Below, piece after piece: positions 33,498 through 42,637 of a DNA stretch of 64,000 bases (positions are counted from its first letter, which is position 1; each line of letters opens with the position of its first letter). Source of the DNA: Candidatus Altimarinota bacterium (GTDB lineage: Bacteria > Patescibacteriota > Gracilibacteria > BD1-5 > UBA6164); the NCBI GenBank assembly GCA_020629795.1, contig JAHDCR010000001.1, positions 88,443-152,442 on the forward strand, read 5' to 3'. The position numbers and the translations under genes were made by a program. The notes beneath the pieces were generated by a model, which worked only from the letters and a program-made list of their open reading frames with translations, searched no databases and had not been told where the DNA came from.

Positions 33498-33528
33498 AAA
33501 AATCCCCAACCTACAGGCTGGGGATTTT
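33498..33528 (-). terminator. Terminator-like hairpin upstream of the transporter gene (copy 2 of the hairpin pair)
   Basis: TCCCCAACCtacaGGCTGGGGA (33503-33524). On the minus strand it is followed by TTTTT. Confidence 0.55.
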
Positions 33529-33847
33529 AGTATTCATCCAAAAAAGTATAACAACAGCTATCTTTCTTGGAGAGATGTGTGAATTGGACTTTTGTTGAGA
33601 AGTCCAGTATCGTGAGTGATGGCAATCACACATCGGATGTTTCGACCAAGTGCTTGGCAGAGCACCTGGTGAAGCCTCATATCATACCTCCCAATAGATA
33701 TGAGACATTCGGTTCAGCGAACAATGGAAAGAAATCCATGTGCAATCAACGAAATTCAATTTTTACTTAAGCAAGTTAGGGACATGCGACTGGGTGGGGG
33801 CTTAACACACCTCCCTAACTCACTTAAGCCATCAATCAGTGATGGAC
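33498..33847 (-). ncRNA. Candidate structured RNA or leader of about 350 nt, class unknown
   Basis: GC-richer than its surroundings. Minus-strand TTGACA-N14-TATACT at 33854-33879, and the terminator hairpin at 33503-33524. Many helices: 33574-82/33626-34, 33586-91/33600-05, 33650-54/33661-65, 33676-82/33698-704, 33766-82/33812-28, 33829-34/33840-45. Confidence 0.3.
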
Positions 33848-33941
33848 CGAGATAGTATAGAAAAAAATCTATATGTCAAAATATTTTTTTGACTTTCAAT
33901 ATTCATACGTATAATTTACATTTGAACAGTATAATACTTGC

Positions 33942-34415
33942 ATGTTAAAATCAATTTCTATATTCCTGTGACTTTTCATGCTCATACTTCTATGAGTATA
34001 CATTTTTTGAGGCACGCAAGATGATTCTGAGTTAAATACTAAATATTCTCAGTATCTTTCGGGTGCTTTAACAAAATACACTCGTACCTATAGTGTAGAA
34101 TTTCAAACAGAAGATTTCTTAGCTCAAAATACTACCAGTAATCAAGAATTTATAGAGCAGCTCAATCAAAAAGAATCTGAATCTCAAACACATACAGATC
34201 TGTTATCATATAATAAGGCAAATGATAAAGACAATATGGGTTCACAGTGAAATTTTTGAACTCCAAATCTATCTAGCACAACAGACTCAGAGACTATAAA
34301 CTGGTGAAATGAAACAAGCTGTAACTGATGACTTATTTATGATCCGTGTTTAGTATTATGAAAACCTATCAAGGCCAGTGGATGAATGAACTTTGGGAGT
34401 CAAAAATATAATTAG
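33942..34415 (+). CDS. Small secreted or membrane-anchored hypothetical protein
   Basis: MLKSISIFLGLFMLILLGVYIFGG is a hydrophobic N-terminus. 157 aa, TAG stop, eleven TGA-Gly codons. Confidence 0.45.
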
Positions 34416-34495
34416 CTCAAACCGGTATAATATTTTGCTTTTCTTATAGTCTTTTTTCCCTATACTCTCATATAATTAATATCTAGAGAATTTTT

Positions 34496-35068
34496 ATGCA
34501 AGGACATCTTTATTTTATCATGGGAGTTTCAGGAAGTGGAAAATGAACCATCCGAACAAATTTACAAAATCAGGAAATTTGAAACCTGGATTTTCTCAAA
34601 TCATATGTGACACGAGAAATGCGACCTGGTGAAGAAAATGGAGATCAATACTGGTTTATATCAAAACAGGAGTTTGAATCTGGTATTGAAAATAACGAAT
34701 TTTTAGAGTATGAAATAAATCATAAAGTTGCCTATTATGGAACCAAGAAATCTGACGTAGATACTGGTCTCAAAAATGGTCGAATCATGCTCAAAGAAAT
34801 AGACACAAAAGGCCTCAAGCAGCTGAGTGAAAATCATCCAGAATTCAAACAGCATTATACTTCATTTTTTCTTAATGTTTCAAATCAGGAAATGACTCGT
34901 AGGTACCTAGAACGTCATCCAGAAGGATGTGAAAATGATATCAAAAATCGACTTGAAAGTGCGAGTTTGGAGAGACAACAAGCAGAAAAATACTGTGACT
35001 ATATCATAGATGCAAGTCAGTCACCTGAGCAGGTTTTAAAAGAGGTTTTAGAAATCATTAAACACTAA
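34496..35068 (+). CDS. gmk: Guanylate kinase
   Basis: P-loop GVSGSGKGT (last Gly is TGA 34544-34546), TREMRPGEENGDQYWFIS, YYGT. Confidence 0.9.
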
Positions 35069-35716
35069 ATGAAGGTTCATATCATAACTATATTTCCCTG
35101 AGCATTTACGAGTTTTTTAGAAACCAGTATTATTTGAAAAGCGAGAGAAAAATGACTTTTGCAGGTAGAGCTGTATAAGCTCAATGAGTTTGCAAAAGAT
35201 ACTTCCGGACACGTTGATGATAAAGCATTTTGAATGCATGGACAAGTCCTCTCTCCGATTCCTCTTTCTCGAGCTATCAACTCTATTTTTGAGACTACAG
35301 GAAAAATACCAGTCATATATATGTCACCGACTGGACAAAAACTCCATCAAGAGCTTTGCGAATCTCTGAGTCGTTGATTAGATGAGTTCATTATCATATG
35401 TGGACACTATGAGTGAATTGATCAGAGAATTATAGAAATGTATGTCGACTATGAAATCTCTATTTGAGACTATGTACTTACTGGTTGAGAAATAGCATCC
35501 CAAGTACTTATAGATTCACTTTTGAGACTCAAACCATGAGTCTTAGGAAGCTCTATCTCTCATGAGGAAGAAAGTTTTACAGAAAAACTCGGTAGACAAA
35601 AAGAGTATCCCGTATATACTCGTCCTGCTAGCTTTGAGTGACATGATGTTCCTCCAGTACTCATATCAGGAAACCATAAACTCATTGAAATTTGGAAACA
35701 TGACAACCTAAGATAA
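35069..35716 (+). CDS. trmD: tRNA (guanine37-N1)-methyltransferase
   Basis: MKVHIITIFPGAF, DDKAFGMHGQVL, IIICGHYEGIDQRI, ISIGDYVLTGGE, VLISGNH. TAAATG junction with gmk. Confidence 0.92.
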
Positions 35717-35717
35717 T

Positions 35718-36248
35718 ATGCAAAATCCTCAAACCGTAAATACAATAATATCTCCTTTTTGGAATACAGTAACGCTTGAATCAATGATAAAGTTCTGCGT
35801 TATATATTTTTTTGTGGTTTGGATTGGACTGATTATCTGGGTTGCCAGAGATATTAGTTTTCGAAGTAATAGTAGGTTTTTTCAGGTCTTTTGTATTCTC
35901 ATAATGATATTTCTCACTCCACTGTGAGTATTTATATATCTGCTTATTAGGCCAAGAAAAAGTATATATGAAAAGTGTAGCACTGAGATAGAATGAAATT
36001 TAGAAATACTCGCTGAAATAGTCCAAGAAAGAATCGAAAGTGATGTAGATGAGCAGGAAAATACTGAGCTCTCTTGCCCGAAATGTGAAGAGGAAATACA
36101 AAATGATTTCATCATATGTCCAAAATGTAAAACTTCACTCAAAGATACCTGTCACGAGTGTCATAAGATAATAAGAGAAAGTTGGAAAGTGTGTCCCTAC
36201 TGTGAAACAAAGCAAAAAAAGAAGAAACATAAAAAAAACAGCGATTAA
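35718..36248 (+). CDS. Membrane protein with PLDc_N-type N-terminal domain and double zinc ribbon
   Basis: FVVWIGLIIWVARDI...IFLTPLGVFIYLLIRPRK, followed by CPKCEEE...CPKCK...CHECH...CPYCE. Confidence 0.55.
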
Positions 36249-36262
36249 TTCGCTGTTTTTTT
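36233..36262. terminator. Palindromic bidirectional terminator with TTAA loop
   Basis: aaaaACAGCGAttaatTCGCTGTtttttt. The stops of both convergent genes (36246-48 plus strand, 36245-47 minus strand) sit in the loop. Confidence 0.7.
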
Positions 36263-36763
36263 GTTGATATAATGTCTATAATATCAAACTAAGTTACTCC
36301 CTAAAAAGATACTTTCAAGTAATACTCACACTGGTGAAAATATAAGAAAGTTATATAAGATTATACAACTTGTCCCACACATCATAAATTTCCTTAATGA
36401 TTTATCGTCTTTCTGAAATACTCAAAAAGTTACGAAGGTTATTCAAATAAAAATAATTAAATCATAAATATCTTTATAAAAAAGATATGTAACTCAAGCA
36501 AAAATAATTGTAAATAAGTATATGAGATATGTGTTAGTTTTATGATATGAGACAAAAAATCTTATTATTCACACTGCTATTATAACAGCTGCTGCATATC
36601 TCTCCAGAAGTAAGTAATGTAATCAAATACAGCTCGCAGCTACCATAAAGAATATGATGATCTTCTTTCGATCTTTAAATTGAAACGAAAATACATCAGC
36701 TACAATTGCAATTCAAGCAAGTATCTGTGAAGCGAGAAATGGTAGAGTGAGTCAGAAAAGCAT
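36245..36763 (-). CDS. YgjV-like inner membrane protein (tentative)
   Basis: 172 aa and about 5 hydrophobic helices. Assignment is by size and pattern only. Confidence 0.45.
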
Positions 36764-36767
36764 AATT

Positions 36768-37328
36768 CTATATTAATCAAATAATAGCTTCTAAGTATTT
36801 TTTATGAGCAATATCATGTCATACTCATAACACTCTAGCATTATGATTTATTTTTAAATTCTTAATCATTTTTTCTGCTCTCTGCTGCAACCTTTCAGGT
36901 TCATCAAGTCCATATATTGAGACAAGTGTATTACTCTTTCTATTCTGTATATCTGACTCGTGATAATTATCTCGAAAATCATTCCATCTCCGTACTCCAA
37001 GTCTCAGTTTATAATACTTAGGAAATAGATGTAAATCTTCGGAAAAATATGGTGAAAGAGAACAAAGAAATACTCTGTGAAGCACATGTTTTTCGGAAAG
37101 TTTTAAAGCTATCATAGCACCAAATGAAAATCCTAAGATTTCAGTATTTTCACTTTCTTGTATCTGTAATTCAGCCTGCTGAATATAGTCAGACATTACC
37201 CTAAACTTCCATGAAATTTCAACAAAACATACCTCATATCATAGATTCTCTAGTTTTTTGATAAGCTCCATATATCATGGAGTCTTTATATCATGCTTAT
37301 ATCAAGGTATTAGGTATATTTTTTTCAT
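36768..37328 (-). CDS. Alpha/beta-fold serine hydrolase
   Basis: MKKIYLIPGY..., EILGFSFGAMIAL (GxSxG), C-terminal GVGHDIAH. The track fragment 36825-37196 extends at both ends through TGA. Confidence 0.6.
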
Positions 37329-37331
37329 AGT

Positions 37332-40300
37332 CTACTTAACCACTAAATTCACAATCTTCCCTGGAACGTAAATTTCTTTTACAAGTGTTTTCCCTTCGAG
37401 CCATTTAGCAACTGATTCATTAGCTTTTGCTTTTTCTAGCACTGAGTCTTTATCCTCTCCTACTGCTATAGTAATTTCTCCTCTGAGTTTTCCAAGTACT
37501 TGTACTCAGATAGTAATCTCATTGTCTACCGTCATAGTGTCATCATATTCTGGCCAAGATGTAAAGAATATAGAATTTCCTTGATATCCAAAAAGCTCTG
37601 CAAATGCTTCTAATTGTCATCCAAACTCTACAAAATAATCTTCTTCAGTTGCTTCATGATGTCTTTTTCCTGTATATTTAGACACGTAAAGACTATTCAT
37701 TGGGAAATATGGATTTAATTCACCTTTTTTAATATCTGTAAGAGTATATTCTCGTCTATATTCAAGAGTTTTCACTTCTCCATTTGGATAGAGAATAGCC
37801 CATGAATCTATATAATGATAATCTAATTTTCCTCCAGCCTGGGATGCTTTTTCCTGGTAGTATGTTATCATGAGTTCAGCTATTTCTTCCTGAGTACACT
37901 CTGATTCTTTTTTTCCTGCAAGTTCAAGTGCTGTTCTTTTGACCTTTGTAGGTTCAAAATCAAAATCTGCATCTCCAAAGTGAATAGATGTATCTGTTGC
38001 TACAATTGGAGCATCAATATCTTTTCATTTATAGACTTCAATCTTTTGAAGCACACATTCAAGTGAAGTTTTCCCTGTTTCTTCTACATCTATAATATCT
38101 GAATATTTTTCTATAATTGCATCTGGATTTAGTCTAGTAAATATTTTTTGAGCCCTCTCTAATTTTGCAGCATTTCCTGTAGCAAAATATACTTTGTCAT
38201 AAGTCTCTCAACTCCCTCACCTCTGAATCTCTTCTCCCTTGGAGGAGAGGGTAGCTTCATTCACCATTTCCCAGCACTCTTCTGCCATATGTGGAGCAAA
38301 TGGATGAAGCAGCTGAATAAATGTTCGTTTCCACTCAATATTTTTCTGTTCATCAACTGGTTCTCCAGTATTGAGAAGAATCATCATTTGAGCAATTGCT
38401 GTATTAAACTTGTAGTTTTCTATATCTTCCTGTATTTTTTTAATCGTTTTGTGAAGTGTCTTCATTGCCTGCTCATCAGATTTTGCTGGTCTCGGATTTT
38501 CTCAGCTCATCATTGCGTAGAACTTATCTAGAAATCTCTTCACCCCAACAATACTACTCGTATCCCACGGTGCTGCATCCTTGAAATCAGCCATATACAT
38601 CTCGTACATTCTGAGCGTATCAGCTCCGTACTGCTCTACTATATCATCTGGATTTATAACGTTTTTCAGTGATTTAGACATCTTTGCTGGAATTTTTTCC
38701 AGCTCTTCACCCGTTTCTATATCAAAGTATTTCCCATCTTTTTCTTCCATCATATCATTCGCAATGAGTCTGCCTGCTGAGTTTCTATAACTCATACCAA
38801 GAATCATCCCTTGATTTCTGAGTCTATAAAATGGTTCTGAAGTAGAAACTACTCCAATGTCATAGAGGAATTTATGCCAGAAACGTGCATACAGTAGGTG
38901 AAGCACTGCGTGTTCTGCACCACCAACATAGCTATCAACCTGTCACCAATATTTTTCCACTTCACTTCATACCAGTGAGTCAGAATTGTTATTATCCATA
39001 AATCTGAGATAGTACCAACATGACCCACCCCACTGTGGCATCGTGTTTGTTTCTCTCTTTCATGCTAGATTGACAGCAAGCTGCACGTTTACAAACTCGT
39101 CCACTTTTGTAAGTGGTGAAGTTCCGTCTCAAGCTGGCTCGTAGGCATCTACTTCTGGAAGTTTCAGTGGTAGCTCGTAATCACATACTATCTTCCCATA
39201 AATACCGTCATAGATTTTAGAAAATTCTTTCTCCCCAATCATCAGCATATCACCATCTCGAACCCAGGCATCATCGCTTGGACTCGTAGGGAGTTGCGCT
39301 ATATCTGCTGCGTCTAAATGTATGAGTGGTATTGGTTCTCCCCAGTATCTTTGTCTACTAAAGAGCCAATCTCTGAGCTTATAATTCGTTGTCTTGTGAC
39401 CAAATCATTTTTCTTCTGCTAAATCTGTAAACTTCTCTTTTGCCTCCTGTGAAGTAAGTCCGTTAAATTCTCCTGAGTTAACAAGTTTTCCATATTCTGT
39501 TGTGGCTCTTTGTCATTCTTGAAATACACTCCAAGCACTTAAATGCGCTTGCCAAGTAATTAAATTAGATACCTCCTCTTTTTCAACCCAGACTCCTGAA
39601 TGATGTCATTCATCTATTTCAGATTGAATTCTTGAATCACTTTTTAACTTAGCGTAAAAAAATCTTCACCACGTTCTCTGATTTTTTTGTTTTGTATGTC
39701 TGAAGCCTTGAGAATAGAAATATGTTCACTCAATATCTCAAATAATTTCTATATCATCATATCATGATTCTTCTACCACCTCTTTTAATACAGTCTCTAG
39801 TTCAGAATCTCATTCCTCTATACCTCATCAAATGAAATGGTAATCTTTCGGCTCATTTTCTTCAATAACAAATATTTCTCCTGCATCATTTTCTAAAATC
39901 ACATCAATCACTTGTCTATTTAGAGTTTCAACTCACTCTCTTTCAGCAGAAACTCAAGTATGAATGTTATTTTTTGCTATACTCTGCTTCACTTTTAAAT
40001 CATACTTTTTTGCAAATTCAAAGTCTCGCTCGTCGTGGGCAGGGACAGCCATAACAGCTCCTGTACCGTAAGAACCAAGGACATAGTCAGCTATCCAGAG
40101 AGGAACTTGTTCCCCGTTGTATGGATTGATGACATAACTCCCGGTAAAAACTCCGGTTTTTTCTTTGTCATCTGCAGTTCTATCTTGGTCAGATTGTTTT
40201 CCAGCTTTTGAAATATATGCTTCACATGCCTGTTTTTCACTCTCAGCAATAAAGTCTGCAACATCTGGATGATCTGGAGCAATTACTGCGTAAGTCATAC

Positions 40301-41060
40301 CAAAAACAGTGTCTACTCTCGTAGTGTACACTCTGATAGATTTCGTGTCATCATCTGATTTTTTGAGTTCAAACTCACATCCCTGAGATTTACCTATCCA
40401 GTTTCGTTGCATATCTTTAATACCCTCTGGCCAATCAAGGTCATCAACATCGTTTAAAAGTCTCTCAGCGTATTTTGTAATTGCGAGAACCCATTGTCTT
40501 ATTTTCTTCTTTTCTACCTGTGTTCCACATCTCTCACAGCTAAAGTCACCGAGTACTTCTTCATTTGCAAGACCTGTTTTACATGATGGACAATAGTTAA
40601 TTGGGAGATCTTGCTCATAAGCTAGCCCCTTTTCAAAGAGTTTCAAAAATATCCACTGTGTCCATTTGAAATACTCAGGATCTGTTGTGTCTATTTCTCT
40701 CTCCCAGTCATAAGAAAATCCAAGAGACTGGATTTGCCTCTTAAATGTAGCAATATTTTCATCTGTCGTGATGCGAGGATGAGTCCCTGTTTTGATCGCA
40801 TAGTTTTCAGCAGGAAGACCAAAAGCATCCCAGCCCATAGGATGAAGTACATTATATCATTTTGCGTGTTTATAACGAGCTACAATATCATTGGCTGTCA
40901 TTCCTTCAGGATGTCCAACATGGAGTCCAGCTCCCGATGGATACGGAAACATATCCAGACAGTAGTATTTAGGCTTAAGAGAAGTATTACTCGTCTTAAA
41001 AGTATTATTTCGCATCCAATAGTCTTGCCATTTTTTTTCTATTTCTTGGTGATTGTACAT
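37332..41060 (-). CDS. leuS: Leucyl-tRNA synthetase with two large in-frame domain insertions (1242 aa)
   Basis: Five track fragments share one frame and are joined by [15 protein letters not shown] (HIGH), CP1 editing domain, [45 protein letters not shown] (KMSKS), C-terminal [14 protein letters not shown]...[13 protein letters not shown] stop 37332-37334. Confidence 0.9.
37578..38261 (-). other. Ham1/ITPase-like domain inserted in the LeuRS C-terminal region
   Basis: About 228 extra aa between [15 protein letters not shown] and [54 protein letters not shown] follow the RdgB/Ham1 pattern (ATGNxxK, EETG, DDSGL). Confidence 0.6.
38214..38255. repeat. CT/GA-rich hairpin element inside leuS (copy A)
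   Basis: CCCTCACCTCTGAATCTCTTCTCCCTTGGAGGAGAGGGTAGC, with stem CTCTTCTCC/GGAGGAGAG. Shares CCCTC..CTCTGAATCTC with the intergenic copy at 46476-46520. Confidence 0.55.
39498..39953 (-). other. Nudix-hydrolase-like domain inserted after the LeuRS CP1 editing domain
   Basis: About 150 extra aa between ...[14 protein letters not shown] and [14 protein letters not shown]. Nudix-box-like [23 protein letters not shown] (39759-39830; the consensus E and R are replaced by D and K). Confidence 0.65.
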
Positions 41061-41187
41061 AAATTTTTGTATAAATATCTAATTATTGGCTATATTACTG
41101 ACTAAACAGGCAAAGTAAAGATGAAAAATTTGGAAAAAGCACTATGAGTTCTATAATGGAAATATAGCTACTTTTTATCTAAAAAAT

Positions 41188-41418
41188 ATGAAAAACACAA
41201 ATACGGTAATGATACTTGTCTGAATACTCATGTCAGTTGTTCTCATAATTGAAAACATGATTGTACCACTCAACGCATATGTTCTTATTTGGATATCAAA
41301 AGCCTGGATGCTTGCTATTGTCTGTATTGGAACATGAATGCTCTTATGATATGGACTCAGAGGCAAAATGAATGAAGGTAACTCTGGAAACGATGATGAT
41401 GACAACTATGGATTCTAA
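41188..41418 (+). CDS. Small membrane protein, hypothetical
   Basis: 76 aa with two hydrophobic helices and an acidic tail NDDDDNYGF. Confidence 0.4.
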
Positions 41419-41430
41419 AAATCAGTATTA

Positions 41431-41462
41431 AAAAAAACTTCGAAATATTCGAAGCTTTTTTT
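41431..41462. terminator. Bidirectional terminator
   Basis: aaaaaaaCTTCGAaatatTCGAAGctttttt. Confidence 0.65.
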
Positions 41463-41478
41463 AATAATAGACTAGAGA

Positions 41479-41832
41479 CTATGAAGTACCAAGAATTGAA
41501 CCAACAATCCATTGTACGATTGAAGAAGCTAGGAATATTACAACAAGACCGATTGCAGCTTGTATAAGAATTGTTTTCCCTTTTTTCACTTTTTCTTCAT
41601 CACCACCAGCAGTAAGGATATTAAATCCACCCCAGAGAGCAAATACTACAGCGATTAAGTATAAAAAAGTAATTGCGTTCGCGATAAGTACTTGGATAGC
41701 ACTATCAGCTCCCTCGTTTGAACCTTTTAATTCATCATCAACTCTTACTGACCCTACATTCATTACTGCACCTGCAAAATTTGCATGGAGAGCAACACTA
41801 GTAGCAGCACCAGCTTTTAGTATATTTTTCAT
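41479..41832 (-). CDS. TrbC/VirB2-like (T4SS-type) pilin-family small membrane protein
   Basis: Signal-like N-terminus, then LYLIAVVFALWGGFNILTAGGDEEKVKKGKTILIQAAIGLVVIFLASSIV. This is a two-TM pattern common in CPR pilin-like proteins. Confidence 0.5.
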   Translation of the reverse strand: MKNILKAGAATSVALHANFAGAVMNVGSVRVDDELKGSNEGADSAIQVLIANAITFLYLIAVVFALWGGFNILTAGGDEEKVKKGKTILIQAAIGLVVIFLASSIVQWIVGSILGTS

Positions 41833-41957
41833 ATTGTAATATAATAAATAATAAAATTACAGATTCATTATAGACTTATGGCTAAAAAAAGGCAAATTTT
41901 TTTGATATTTTTACTTTCTAAGTAAAAATATACTGTTCCCCTAAATACTTATTACGA

Positions 41958-42521
41958 ATGAATATAGACAGAGAAAGATTTTTAGAAAAATTAAAACTAC
42001 ACTGAGAAGCAAATGATATCCCAAATATCAGTAAAGAAAATGCAAAATACCTACGAAATATGCTGGCTACAAATGAAGTAAAACAGCTCTTAGAAATAGG
42101 AAGTGCAAATGGATATTCTACTATAAATTTTGCAATAGAGCTTGAAAAAACTTGATGAAACATAACTTCTATAGAATTTTCACAGCTAGCCTATGAAGAA
42201 GCGCAAGATAATTTTAGAGAAGCTGGAGTATCTGATATTATTCGTCATTATTTTTGAGATGCGAGGGAGATTCTCCCTCTCTTAGAGGAAAAATATGATT
42301 TTATTTTTATAGACGGTCTCAAAAAAGAATCCCTTAATTTCTTACAAATAGTTTGGGACATGGCTCTACCATGAGCTACAATTGTGATTGATGATGTTAT
42401 AAAGTTTCGATATAAAATGGAGTCACTCTATAAATATGTTGTAGCAGAAAAAATAGATCATGAAGTTATTCAGATAGACAGTGATGATGGAATTATGATT
42501 ATAAAAAAGCCCTGTAATTAA
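41958..42521 (+). CDS. Class I SAM-dependent O-methyltransferase
   Basis: LLEIGSANGYSTINFA (motif I), YDFIFIDGLK, TIVIDDV. 187 aa. Confidence 0.8.
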
Positions 42522-42542
42522 ATGCCACCCTATCTAAATTCT

Positions 42543-42612
42543 TTCCCTAAACTAGGGAAAGAGGCTACAAAAAAACGCTCCCCTAAAATTAGGGGAGCTG
42601 TCACAAAGTGAC
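42543..42612. repeat. Cluster of three short hairpins in an intergenic spacer
   Basis: TTCCCTAaacTAGGGAA (42543-59), GCTCCCCTaaaattAGGGGAGC (42577-98), GTCACaaaGTGAC (42600-12). GAGGCTACAAAA resembles the 3' end of the element at 46476-46520. Confidence 0.5.
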
Positions 42613-42637
42613 TGAGGGGTGAATATTTGAATTCTTA

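Noticed and set aside
33498-33847. Assigning the structured GC-rich segment to RNase P RNA, tmRNA, SRP RNA or 6S RNA on the basis of size.
   Set aside because: I could not find the conserved strings in either orientation. Missing are GGAAAGUCC and ACAGAACCCGGCUUA for RNase P, GGUCCGGAAGGAAGCAGC for SRP, an acceptor/T-arm for tmRNA, and a single long interrupted hairpin for 6S. It is left as class unknown.
33553-33897. Track ORF 33567-33770 (plus strand, 67 aa) and a stop-free frame of about 115 codons on the minus strand (..RNIRCVIAITHDTGLL.., faintly like an ABC-ATPase H-loop).
   Set aside because: The minus-strand frame has no ATG near its start, odd Cys-rich composition and no RBS. A stop-free run of that length is not very improbable at this GC content across six frames. 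It is kept only as an alternative (gene relic) in the finding.
37332-41060. Inteins as an explanation for the two LeuRS insertions.
   Set aside because: The junctions lack intein hallmarks: no Cys/Ser at the N-extein boundary block and no His-Asn followed by Cys/Ser/Thr at the C-terminal boundary. The inserts instead show Nudix-like and Ham1-like motifs.
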